DNA of 64,000 nt from Eledone cirrhosa (lineage: Eukaryota), in the NCBI GenBank assembly GCA_964016885.1, contig OZ024740.1, positions 322,338,001 to 322,402,000 of the forward strand. Reading direction: 5' to 3'. Made by a program: the position numbers and the translations under genes. How positions within the stretch are numbered: the first letter of the stretch is position 1; every line of letters starts with the position of its first letter. Shown one piece after another: positions 15,241 through 29,373 of the stretch. The notes beneath the pieces were generated by a model that searched no databases, was not told where the DNA came from, and was given only the letters and a program-made list of their open reading frames with translations.

Positions 15241-16051
15241 TTTAGGGAACTACTACCACTGCTAGCTGCAAAAGGCTTCTCCCTCAGAATGAAAGGCAGA
15301 CTGTATGATGCGTGTATCCGAACAGCGATGTTGCATGGTAGTGAGACCTGGGCGCTGAAGGTGGAAGACTTACGTAGATTAGAGAGAAACGAAGCCTGCA
15401 TGCTCCGATGGATGTGTAACAGTAATATACGTGAACGACAAAGCATAAAGGAATTGAGAGAGAGACTGAGCATAAGGGGAATCAAATGCTGCGTGCAGGA
15501 GAGGCGGTTACGCTGGTATGGACATGTGATGCGTATGAAGGATGACAGCTGCATAAAAAGGTGCAGAGCACTAGAAGTTGATGGAAACCGCGGAGTGGGG
15601 AGACCCAAGATGACTTGGGATGAGGTGATAAAAGCCGACCTTACCCAACTACACCTCTCAAAGTCAATGACACACGACCGTGACTTCTGGCGTCACGCAG
15701 TAATACAGGGTACCCGACCTCCCATGGGTACATGCTGAAGCATATAAACAATATGCCCCCCCCCCCCCTCCACCGCAAGGTGGCCGTGGAGGTGCCACGG
15801 CAAAAAAGCACCCAGCCCACACTGTAAAGTGGACGTGTAGGCGCCACGAAAAAGCACCCAGCACTCACTGTAAATGAGGTTGGTGTTAGGAAGGGCATCC
15901 AGCTGTAGAAATCAAGCCAGATCAGTTCCTGTATGAGCAAGGCATGGTCAGCCGACCAGACACTGCCCACAACAGGACAACCCGTCTAACCCATGCTAGC
16001 GTGGAAGAACGGACGTAAAACGGTGATGATGATGATGATGATGATGATGAT
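15241..16051 (+). mobile_element. 5'-truncated RTE LINE, subfamily B
   Basis: [22 protein letters not shown]...[11 protein letters not shown]...GRPKMTW...TRPPMGTC*, 3' UTR, about 9 GAT units. Confidence 0.9.
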
Positions 16052-16207
16052 GTATATATTTATATATATGTATGTATATATTTATATATATGTATATATT
16101 TATATATATGTATGTATATATTTATATATATGTATGTATATATTTATATGTATGTCTATATAATTATTTATATGTATGTACATATTTATATATATATCTA
16201 TATGTAT

Positions 16208-16490
16208 ATCATCATCATCGTTTTACGTCTTCCACGCTAGCATGGGTTTAGACAGGAATTGTCCCACTTGAGGCAAGATTGGTCGGGTGACCATGTCTCG
16301 CTCGTATAGGACTGTCTGGCAGGTTTCCTACGGCTGGATGCACTTCCTAACACCAAACACATTTACAGTGTGGACTGCGAACTTTTCACCGTGGTACCTA
16401 CACGGCCACATTACAGGGTGGACTGTGTTTTTTTGTCGTGACACCTACACAATCTCATATTTTGGACTGGATGTTGTGGTACCAACATGA
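16208..16490 (-). mobile_element. RTE 3' UTR/tail
   Basis: Reverse complement of a subfamily A-like 3' UTR starting with (ATC)n. Confidence 0.85.
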
Positions 16491-16721
16491 CAATATATTG
16501 AAATCCTGTGGGAATTTAAATCACCAAGGCTATGCAATTAGATTAAGTATTTGAAAGTAGAATTAATGATAAAAACATTAAATTAATTGAATATAACAGG
16601 TTAAGATTATATATACATATATAAATATATATATATGTGTGTGTGTATGGATATATTTATATCTATATATATGTATGTATATATTTATATATGTTTATAT
16701 ATATATGTGTATATATATTTA

Positions 16722-16793
16722 TCCCACACTGTAAAGTGGGCATGTAGGCACCTACGGAAAAAAAGCACCCAGCACTCACTGTAAATGAGGTTG
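16722..16793 (+). mobile_element. RTE 3' UTR internal fragment
   Basis: cccacactgtaaagtgg...aaaaagcacccagcactcactgtaaatgaggttg, as in subfamily B. Confidence 0.8.
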
Positions 16794-17420
16794 ATTCAGC
16801 TATGAGCACTAGATCATCTGCGTATAGGAGTTCCCATGGGCAGCCGGTCTTGAACTTCTCTGTTATAGCCTGAAGGGCAATAATAAATAGGAGGGGGGCT
16901 AAGGACAGAGCCTTGGTGAACACCAACTTTTACACTAAATTCTTCACAATATTCATTGTTAATTCTAACCTTACTGACTGTTTCATTATACATAGCTTGT
17001 ATAGCTCTCACAAGCCATTCATCTACACCTAGTTTTCTAAGAGCCCACCAGATAATGGAGAGGGGGGCTCTGTCAAAGGCTTTTTCCAGGTCTACAAAAG
17101 CTAAGTAGAGGGATTTACTTTTAGCTAGGTACTTCTCTTGTAGTTGTCGTACAAGGAAAAGAGCGTCTGTGGTACTTTTACCTGACACAAACCCAAACTG
17201 CATTTCATCTAGATCAATTCGCTCTCTGATTAGTTGCGCTATAACTCTTTCTGTGACCTTCATGACCTGGTCAACTAACTTAATGCCTCTATAATTTCCT
17301 CTATCTAGAGCATTTCCTTTACCCTTGTAGCAGTTAATGATTCTGCTGCTACGCCAGTTTTTTGGTATGACCCCATTCTGTATTACTTGGTTAACTATAC
17401 GGGTGACCATAGTATGTCCA
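16791..17420 (-). mobile_element. RTE reverse-transcriptase fragment
   Basis: ORFs 16814-17410 and 16663-16926 give [26 protein letters not shown] and WELLYADDLVL (frameshifted). Confidence 0.92.
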
Positions 17421-17512
17421 TGTATATATTTATATATGTATGTATATATTTATATATGTATGTATATATTTATATATAAATATATATATTTATATGTATG
17501 TATATATGTATA

Positions 17513-18030
17513 TAACTTTGATAAGTTGGATAGGTTTCGGCCAGTATTGGCCCAGGCCATGTCTAATTTAATAGCACCACCTGGCGAAGTCTTACAAATT
17601 AGTGTTTGGGCTCCATGGCCCAATCGAGCAGAGAGTTATTTTCTACGGAGGCATATCCGGGTGTAGGAGGCTTATCCGGGATTTCTTGAAGGAATTTATC
17701 CAAAGACTTCTTGAACTTGATGGGGTCTATCTCTGCTTTAATGTGTCTTGGTGTAATGTTAAAGAGTGCAGGGCCATTTGAGGTGAAATAATTGTGCCGT
17801 ATTGTTATGTGATGCGAGTGGGATTTTAATCCTGGGTGGATAGCATGGGGCCCAAGCCTTGCGTGTACTCTAAAGATGATGCCAACATCATTTGCGCTAA
17901 GCTGAGGGAATATTTTCCACATCGTACAGATAATGTAACGCTCACGGCGACGTTGAAGAGAATAAAGTTTGAGCTTTTCTAATCGACCCCAATAATCAAA
18001 GCCTGTCATGCCAACTATCTTTTTTGCAAT
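17513..18030 (-). mobile_element. 3' fragment of a CR1-like LINE
   Basis: [20 protein letters not shown]...RHNYFT...FKKSLDKFL, resembling the C-terminus of CR1-type ORF2, plus a short 3' UTR. Confidence 0.75.
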
Positions 18031-19936
18031 TAAATATATGTATGTATATATTTATATATGTATGTATATGTTTGTATATATTTCTATATATGTATATATT
18101 TATATTTATGTATGTATATATATATATGTATGTATATATATATGTATGTATATATTTATATATATATATGTATATATATATGTATGTATATATTTGTATA
18201 TATATATGTATGTATATATTTATATATATATATGTATATATATATATATGTATATATATGTATATATATATATATATGTATATATATGTATATATATATA
18301 TATGTATGTATATATATATGTATGTATATATATATGTATATATATGTATATATATATATATGTATGTATATATATATGTATATGTATGTATATATATATG
18401 TATATGTATGTATATATATATGTATATATATGTATATATATATGTATATATATGTATATATATATATGTATGTATATATATGTATATATATATGTATATA
18501 TATGTATATATATATATGTATGTATATATATGTATATATATATATGTATGTATATATATATATATGTATGTATATATATATATATGTATGTATATATATA
18601 TATATGTATGTATATATATATGTATGTATGTATATATATATGTATGTATGTATATATATATGTATGTATGTATATATATATGTATGTATGTATATATATA
18701 TGTATGTATGTATATATATATGTATGTATGTATGTATATATGTATGTATGTATGTATATATATATGTATGTATATATATATGTATGTATGTATATATATA
18801 TGTATGTATGTATATATATATGTATGTATGTATATATATATGTATGTATGTATATATATATGTATGTATGTATATATATATGTATGTATGTATATATATA
18901 TGTATATATTTATATATATATATGTATATATTTATATATATATATGTATATATTTATATATATATATGTATATATTTATATATATATATGTATATATTTA
19001 TATATATATATGTATATATTTATATATATATATGTATATATTTATATATATATATGTATATATTTATATATATATATATTTATATATTTATATATGTATA
19101 TATTTATATATATATATGTATATATTTATATATATATATGTATATATTTATATATATATATGTATATATTTATATATATATATGTATATATTTATATATA
19201 TATATGTATATATTTATATATATATATGTATATATTTATATATATATATGTATATATTTATATATATATATGTATATATTTATATGTATATATTTATATA
19301 TATATATGTATATATTTATATATATATATGTATATATTTATATATATATATGTATATGTTTATATATATATATGTATGTTTATATATATATATGTATATA
19401 TTTATATATATATATGTATATATTTATATATATATATGTATATATTTCTATATATATATGTATATATTTATATATATATATGTATATATTTATATATATA
19501 TATGTATATATTTATATATATATATGTATATATATTTATATATATATATGTATATATATATTTATATGTATATATATGTATATATTTATATATATGTATA
19601 TATTTATATATATATATGTATATATTTATATATATATATGTATATATTTATATATATATATGTATATATTTATATATATATATGTATATATTTATATATA
19701 TATGTATATATTTATATATATATGTATATATTTATATATATATATGTATATATTTATATATATATATGTATATATTTACATATATATATGTATATATTTA
19801 CATATATATATGTATATATATATATGTATATATATATATGTATATATTTATATATATATATGTATATATTTACATATATATATGTATATATTTACATATA
19901 TATATGTATATATTTATATATATATATGTATATATT

Positions 19937-19968
<32 letters not shown>

Positions 19969-22455
19969 TATATATATATATATATATGTATGTATATGTA
20001 TGTATATATTTATGTATATATTTATATATATGTATGTATATATTTATATATTTATATATATTTATGTATATATTTATATATATGTATGTATATATTTATA
20101 TATTTATATATATGTATGTATATATTTATATATATGTATGTATATATTTATATATATGTATGTATATATTTATATGTATGTATATATTTATATATATGTA
20201 TGTATATATTTATATATATGTATGTATATATTTATATATATGTATGTATATATTTATATATATGTATGTATATATTTATATATATGTATGTATATATTTA
20301 TATATATGTATGTATATATTTATATATATGTATGTATATATTTATATATATGTATGTATATATTTATATATATGTATGTATATATTTATATATATGTATG
20401 TATATATTTATATATATGTATGTATATATTTATATATATGTATGTATATATTTATATATATGTATGTATATGTATGTATATATTTATATATATGTATGTA
20501 TATGTATGTATATATTTATATATATGTATGTATATATTTATATATATATGTATGTATATGTATGTATATATTTATATATATATGTATGTATATGTATGTA
20601 TATATTTATATGTATGTATATATTTATATATATATTTATATGTATGTATATATTTATATATATGTATGTATATGTATGTATATATTTATATATATGTATG
20701 TATATGTATGTATATATTTATATATATGTATGTATATGTATGTATATATTTATATATATGTATGTATATGTATGTATATATTTATATATGTATGTATATG
20801 TATGTATATATTTATATATATATATGTATGTATATATATTATATATGTATGTAGATAATATATGTATGTATGTATATGTATGTATATATTTATATATATG
20901 TATGTATATATATTATATATGTATGTATATGTATGTATATATATTATATATGTATGTATATGTATGTATATATGTATGTATATGTATGTATATATTTATA
21001 TATTTGTATGTATATATTTATATATTTATATATATGTATGTATATATTTATATATTTATATATATGTATGTATATATTTATATATATATATATGTATGTA
21101 TGTATATATTTATATATATATATATGTGTATGTATATATTTATATATATATATGTATATATTTATATATATATATGTATATATTTATATATATATATGTA
21201 TATATTTATATATATATATATGTATATATTTATATATATATATGTATATATTTATATATATGTATGTATATATTTATATATATGTATGTATATATTTATA
21301 TATATGTATGTATATATTTATATATATGTATGTATATATTTATATATATGTATGTATATATTTATATATATGTATGTATATATTTATATATATGTATGTA
21401 TATATTTATATATATGTATGTATATATTTATATATATGTATGTATATATTTATATATATGTATGTATATATTTATATATATATATGTATGTATATATTTA
21501 TATATATATATGTATGTATATATTTATATATATATATATGTATGTATATATTTATATATGTATGTATATATTTATATATATATATGTATGTATATATTTA
21601 TATATATATATATGTATGTATATATTTATATATATATATGTATGTATATATTTATATATATATATATATGTATGTATATATTTATATATATATATATATG
21701 TATGTATATATTTATATATATATATATATATGTATGTATATATTTATATATATATATATATATGTATGTATATATTTATATATATATATATATGTATGTA
21801 TATATTTATATATATATATATATGTATGTATATATTTATATATATATATATATGTATGTATATATTTATATATATATATATATGTATGTATATATTTATA
21901 TATATATATATATGTATGTATATATTTATATATATATATATATGTATGTATATATTTATATATATATATATATGTATGTATATATTTATATATATATATA
22001 TATGTATGTATATATTTATATATATATATATATGTATGTATATATTTATATATATATATATATGTATGTATATATTTATATATATATATATATGTATGTA
22101 TATATTTATATATATATATATATGTATGTATATATTTATATATATATATATATGTATGTATATATTTATATATATATATATATGTATGTATATATTTATA
22201 TATATATATATGTATGTATATATTTATATATATATATATGTATGTATATATTTATATATATATATATGTATGTATATATGTATGTATATATTTATATGTA
22301 TGTATATATGTATGTATATATTTATATATATGTATATATGTATGTATATATTTATATATATATATATATATATGTATGTATATATTTATATATATATATA
22401 TATATGTATGTATATATTTATATATATATATATATATGTATGTATATATTTATAT

Positions 22456-23261
22456 TACGAACAGCAATGTTGCATGGCAGTGAGACCTGGGCATTGTGTG
22501 CAGAGGATATACGCAGACTAGAGAGGAACGAAGCTTACCTGCTCCGCTGGATGTGTAACAGTAATATACGTGAACGGCAAAGCATAAACGAACTAAGGAA
22601 AAAATTAGAGATAAGAGGGATCAGATGTTGTTTACTCGAGAGAAGGCTACGTTGGTATGGTCACGTGATGCGCATGAAAGTCGATAGCTGTATAACAAAG
22701 TGCAGGGCAATAAAGATAGACGGTAGTCACGGAATAGGCAGACCTAGAAAAACCTGGGACGAGCTGATAAACTCTGACATCACACACTTACACCTCTCCA
22801 AGACAATGTCACTGGACCGAGACCTTTGGCGGTACTCAGTAACAGAGAAGACCAGCCTTACCTAAATATATAGTAAAACCTACTCCAGCCAGTAGGCATC
22901 TCTAACAAAATACACCCCGTCCCACCACCCCCACCCCCACCCCATCCACACCACCCCGTTCTATGTAAAGTTATGTTGGTGCCGCGCCATCGAGGCCGAA
23001 ACAAATGAGATCGTGTAGGTGTCACGACAAAAAAATACACAGTCCACGCTGTAATGTGGCCGTGTAGGCAACACGGTAAAAACCTCCCAGACCCACACTG
23101 TAAATGTGGTTGGTGTTAGGAAGGGCATCCAACTGTAGAAAACCTGCCAGACAGTCCTATGCGAGCAAGACAATCACTCTTGCCTCAAGTGGGACTACCC
23201 CCGTCCAAACCCATGCAAGCGTGGAACACGGACGTTAAACGTTGATGATGATGATGATGAT
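22456..23261 (+). mobile_element. 5'-truncated RTE LINE, subfamily A
   Basis: [13 protein letters not shown]...GRPRKTW, 3' UTR and (GAT)n; near-identical to 3660-4427. Confidence 0.9.
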
Positions 23262-23292
23262 ATATTAATATATATTTATATATATATATATT

Positions 23293-23323
<31 letters not shown>

Positions 23324-23334
23324 ATATATGTATG

Positions 23335-23365
<31 letters not shown>

Positions 23366-23416
23366 ATATTTATATATATTTATATATATTTATCATCATC
23401 ATCATCATCATATATT

Positions 23417-23469
<53 letters not shown>

Positions 23470-23490
23470 GTATGTATATATATATATATT

Positions 23491-23525
<35 letters not shown>

Positions 23526-23888
23526 GTATGTATATATATATATATATGTATGTATATATATATATATGTTTGTATATATATATATATGTATGTATATATA
23601 TATATGTTTGTATATATATATATATATATGTTTGTATATATATATATATATATGTTTGTATATATATATATATATATGTTTGTATATATATATATATATA
23701 TATGTTTGTATATATATATATATATATATGTTTGTATATATATATATATATATGTTTGTATATATATATATATATATATGTTTGTATATATATATATATT
23801 TATATATATATGTTTGTATATATATATATATATATGTTTGTATATATTTATATATATATGTTTGTATATATATATATATATATGTTTG

Positions 23889-23920
<32 letters not shown>

Positions 23921-23948
23921 TATAAATATATGTTTATATATATATATT

Positions 23949-24141
<193 letters not shown>

Positions 24142-24152
24142 TTATATATATT

Positions 24153-24295
<143 letters not shown>

Positions 24296-24304
24296 ATATA
24301 TTTA

Positions 24305-24337
<33 letters not shown>

Positions 24338-24344
24338 ATATATT

Positions 24345-24429
<85 letters not shown>

Positions 24430-24504
24430 ATATATTTATATATATTTATATATATTTATATATATTTATATATATATATATATTTATATATATTTATATA
24501 TATT

Positions 24505-24535
<31 letters not shown>

Positions 24536-24562
24536 ATATTTATATATATTTATATATATATT

Positions 24563-24593
<31 letters not shown>

Positions 24594-24885
24594 ATTTATA
24601 TATATTTATATATATATATATTTATATATATTTATATATATATTTATATATATATATATTTATATATATATTTATATATATATTTATATATATATTTATA
24701 TATATATTTATATATATATTTATATATATATTTATATATATATTTATATATATATTTATATATATATTTATATATATATTTATATATATATTTATATATA
24801 TTTAAAAACAAATACTAATTTTCATAGAAAAAGCATATAACGATATGTGCTTTTACGATTCTCTAGAGAGGCCGGAAGATAGGTA

Positions 24886-24930
24886 AATATTGCTGATGAG
24901 TTGTAACAACAACGAAACTAGTTCAATATT
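24886..24930 (+). ncRNA. Minimal type I hammerhead ribozyme
   Basis: AAUAUUG-CUGAUGA-GUUGU aaca ACAAC-GAA-AC ua GU-U-CAAUAUU: 7-bp stem I, 5-bp stem II, palindromic ACUAGU stem III, GUU site; stem I extends through attctctagagaggccgga / tctggctttctggagaat. Confidence 0.88.
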
Positions 24931-25163
24931 CCTTGTCTGGCTTTCTGGAGAATAGAGGAAAGGTGTTTCCTCAAAAACCAGTATGACTCTAAAAACCGGT
25001 TTGTCTGTGTGTTTACATACAGAATAGCTGGCCACTCACAGTAAAGTGACCAGTGAAAATACTTGGTACATCTACATATGTATACGTGTGTGTATTCATA
25101 TACATACTAGTATTTCAGTATACATATATGGATGTACATCTTTAACTTAATTGTATATATATT

Positions 25164-25278
<115 letters not shown>

Positions 25279-25309
25279 ATTTATATATATATATTTATAT
25301 ATATATATT

Positions 25310-25343
<34 letters not shown>

Positions 25344-25443
25344 TATATATATATATTTATATATATATATATTTATATATATATTTATATATATATATTT
25401 ATATATTTATATATATATTTATATATATATTTATATATATATT

Positions 25444-25476
<33 letters not shown>

Positions 25477-25547
25477 TTATATATATATATTTATATATAT
25501 ATATATAATATTAAATAAATGGAAAACTATATTTATAAAACCATATT

Positions 25548-25613
25548 TATTTCATTATATATATTTCGGGGATATCATATTAACAATATGCTATGCCTTC
25601 ATCAGACAAAATA
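25548..25613 (-). ncRNA. Type I hammerhead motif (mirror copy in the left arm)
   Basis: Exact reverse complement of 25759-25824. Confidence 0.75.
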
Positions 25614-25758
25614 CAATATAAACAGTTTTATAGATAAATATATTCGACATACCGTAATAAACATCAACTTCATTTGAAGAGGTTTACTCTAGCAGTAAAT
25701 GAAGTTGATGTTTATTACGGTATGTCGAATATATTTATCTATAAAACTGTTTATATTG

Positions 25759-25824
25759 TATTTTGTCTGATGAAGGCATAGCATATTGTTAATATGATAT
25801 CCCCGAAATATATATAATGAAATA
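25759..25824 (+). ncRNA. Type I hammerhead motif with long stem II
   Basis: UAUUUUGU-CUGAUGA-aGGcAUAgCAUAUU guu AAUAUGaUAUcCCc-GAA-AUAUAUAU-A-AUGAAAUA; palindromic stem III, AUA site; mismatches at the base of and within stem II. Confidence 0.75.
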
Positions 25825-26050
25825 AATATGGTTTTATAAATATAGTTTTCCATTTATTTAATATTGTAAATATACTCCAAATATTTGTCGAGTGCTTTTA
25901 TATCAGTTATAAATATTTACTAGTTGTAACCCAACAATTTTAAATATAACTTTACATGTATATATATATATATATATTTATATATATTTATATATTAATA
26001 TATATATATTTATATATATTTATATATATTTATATATATATTTATATATT

Positions 26051-26086
<36 letters not shown>

Positions 26087-26096
26087 TATATATATT

Positions 26097-26173
<77 letters not shown>

Positions 26174-26204
26174 ATATATATATTTATATATATTTATATA
26201 TATT

Positions 26205-26275
<71 letters not shown>

Positions 26276-26278
26276 ATT

Positions 26279-26313
<35 letters not shown>

Positions 26314-26316
26314 TTA

Positions 26317-26349
<33 letters not shown>

Positions 26350-26368
26350 ATATATTTATATATATATT

Positions 26369-26399
<31 letters not shown>

Positions 26400-26451
26400 A
26401 TATATTTATATATAATATATGTTTATATATTTATATATATATATATATTTA

Positions 26452-26812
26452 TCATGATCTTCGTCTAACATCCATTTTCCACGCTAGCATGGGTTAAACA
26501 GGAGTTGTCCCACTCGAGGCAAGGTTGGTCGGGTGACAGTGTCTTGCTCATATAGGACTATCTTGCAGGTTTTCTACGGCTGGATGCCCTTCCTAACACC
26601 AACCACATTTACAGTGTGGATTGGGAACTTTTTACCGTGTTACCTACATTCCCACATTGCAGCGTGGACTGTGTTTTTTTGTCGTGACACCTACACAATC
26701 TCGATCTCATTTTCTCATTTATTTGGACTGGATGTTGTGGTACCAACTTTACAGAGAGAGTGGGGTGTTGGTGGGAGTTGAAGGATAGGGTAGGTGTAGT
26801 GGATTGGGGTGT
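26452..26812 (-). mobile_element. RTE 3' UTR/tail
   Basis: Reverse complement of an A-like 3' UTR including the G-rich segment. Confidence 0.8.
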
Positions 26813-26854
26813 ATATATGTATATGTATGTTTATGTGTGTATATATGTATGTTT

Positions 26855-27463
26855 ATGCGAACGGCAAAGCATAAATGAATTGAGAAAGACTGAGCGTAAG
26901 AGGAATTAAATGCTGTGTGCAGGAGAGGCAGTTGCGTTGGTATGGACATGTGATGTGTATGATGGATGACAGCTGCATAAAAAGGTGCAGAGCACTAGAA
27001 GTCATTGGAAACCGCGGAGTGGGGAGACCTAAGAAGACCTGGGATGAGGTGATAAAAGCCGACCTTACCCAATTACACCTCAAAGGCGATGACACACGAC
27101 CGTGACTTCTGGCGTCACGCAGTAATACAGGGTACCCGACCTCCCATTGGTACAAGCTGAAGCATATAGACAATATGCCCCACACCCTACAACTGCAAAG
27201 TGGTCGTGGAGGTGAAACGGCAAAAAAGCACCCAGCCCACACTGTAAAGTGGACGTGTAGGCGCCACGGAAAAAAGCACCTAGCACTCGCTGTAAATGAG
27301 GTTGGTGTTAGGAAGGGCATCCAGCTGTAGAAATCAAGCCAGAATCAGTTGCCATATGAACATGGCATGGTCAGTTCCCGTATGAGCAAGGCATGTCCAC
27401 AACAGGACAACCCGTCTAACCCATGTTAGCATGGAAGAACGGACGTAAAACGGTGATGATGAT
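26855..27463 (+). mobile_element. 5'-truncated RTE LINE, subfamily B
   Basis: LRWYGHVM...GRPKKTWDEVIKADL, 3' UTR, (GAT)n. Confidence 0.88.
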
Positions 27464-27524
27464 ATATGTATGTTTATGTTTATGTGTATATATATGTATG
27501 TTTATGTGTGTATATATGTATGTT

Positions 27525-27565
<41 letters not shown>

Positions 27566-29048
27566 TTTGACAGTGCCTCGTGCTATAATCTGGTGGGCTC
27601 TTAGAAAACTAGGAGTAGGTGAATGGCTTGTGAAAGCTGTACAAGTCGTGTATAAGAGAGCAGTCAGCAAAGTTAGGGTTAACATTAACTATAGCTAGGA
27701 ATTTAGCATACAGGTTGGTGTCCACCAGGGCTCTGTTCATTATAGTATTGCAGGCAATAACAGAGGAGTTTCAGACCGGTTGCCCATGGAAACTCTTGTA
27801 TGCGATGATCAGACTCTTATAGCTGAATCTATGGTGGAACTAGAGAAGAAATTCTAAACATGAAAGCAGGGACTAGAAAGAAAGGGTCTCAAAGTCAACC
27901 TGACAAAGACTAAGGTCCTCGTAAGTAGATGAGAAAACAGAGCCCAGATCTCCTCAGGAAAGGTGTAGGTAGGAACTCCATCCTCTGCCCCAAATGCAAA
28001 CAATGGGTACACAAGAGATGTAGTTGGATCTCAGGAAGCTTAGCTAAGAATGTAGGCTTTACATGCAGCAGCTGAACTGGGACAGCAAGGAGAAAACAGC
28101 TGCAGGAAACAAGTACCACCAATCTCTGGGAGGGCTCTGTAGGAACAGTAGACAGCTTTTGCTACCGAGGTGACCGAATAAGCAGCGGAAGTGGGTGTTT
28201 GGAAAGTACAGTAACCAGGGTAAGAACAGGATGGAAGAAGTTCAGGGAGCTACTGCCACTGCTAGCTGAAAAAGGCTTTTCCCTCAAAATGAAAGGCAGA
28301 CTGTATGATGCGTGCATACGAACAGCAATGTTACATGGTAGTGAGACCTGGGCGCTGTCTGTAGAAGACTTGTGTAGATTAGAAAGAAGCGAAGCTTGAA
28401 TGCTCTGATGGATGTGTAATAGTAATATATGTGAACAGCAAAGCATAAATGAATTGAGAGAGAGACTGATCGTAAGAGGAATCAAATGCTGTGTGCAGGA
28501 GAGGAGGTTGCGTTGGTATGGACATGTGATGCGTATGAAGGATGACAGCTGCATAAAAAGGTGCAGAGAACTAGAAGACGATGGAAGCCGTGGATGGGGA
28601 GACCCAAGAAGACCTGGGATGAGATGATAAAAGCCAACCATACCCAAATGCACCTCTCAAAGGTGATGACACAGGACTGTGATCTCTGGCGTCGCACAGT
28701 AATACAGAAGACCCGACTTCCCACGGGTACAAGCCGAAGCTGAATCATATAGACAATACGCTCCCACCCCGTACCACTGCAAAGTGGTTGTGGAGGTGCT
28801 ACGGCAAATAGCACCCAGCCCACACTGTAAAGTGGTTGTGTAGGCGCCATGGAAAAAAAGCACCCAGCACTCACTGTAAATGAGGTTGGTGTTAGAAAGG
28901 GTATCTGCTGTAGAAATCAAGCCAAAATCAGTTCCTGTATGAGCAAGACAAGGTCAGCCAACCAGGCACTGCCCACAACAGGACAACCCGTCTAACCCAT
29001 GCTAGTGTGGAAGAATGGACGTAAAACGGTGGTGGTGATGATGATGAT
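27566..29048 (+). mobile_element. Decayed RTE LINE, subfamily B (RT to tail)
   Basis: [50 protein letters not shown]; many stops; (GAT)n tail. Confidence 0.9.
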
Positions 29049-29061
29049 ATATATATGATTA

Positions 29062-29094
<33 letters not shown>

Positions 29095-29118
29095 GTTTAT
29101 GTATATATGTATGTATTC

Positions 29119-29215
29119 TGTATTGGAAAAACATGGTCACCTGACCATAGATAACAGGATAACTCGTCTAACCCATGCCAGCATGGAAACATGGATGTTA
29201 AACGGTGATGATGAT
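29119..29215 (+). mobile_element. Short RTE-type tail
   Basis: cgtctaacccatgccagcatggaaacatggatgttaaacggtgatgatgat. Confidence 0.7.
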
Positions 29216-29373
29216 ATGTATGCATATGTGTGTGTATATATATATATATATATATGTTTATATGTGTATATATATATATGTGCATATAAGTGTATATGTG
29301 TCTGTATATATGTGTGTGTGTATATGTGTGTGTAAATATGAATGTATGTGTGTGTGTATATATATATATATAC

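Larger units (their letters stand above)
25507..25865. repeat. Perfect inverted repeat, 169-bp arms with a 21-bp spacer; probable Penelope-like inverted pseudo-LTR
   Basis: 25507-25675 is the reverse complement of 25697-25865, with no mismatch seen. Confidence 0.93.
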
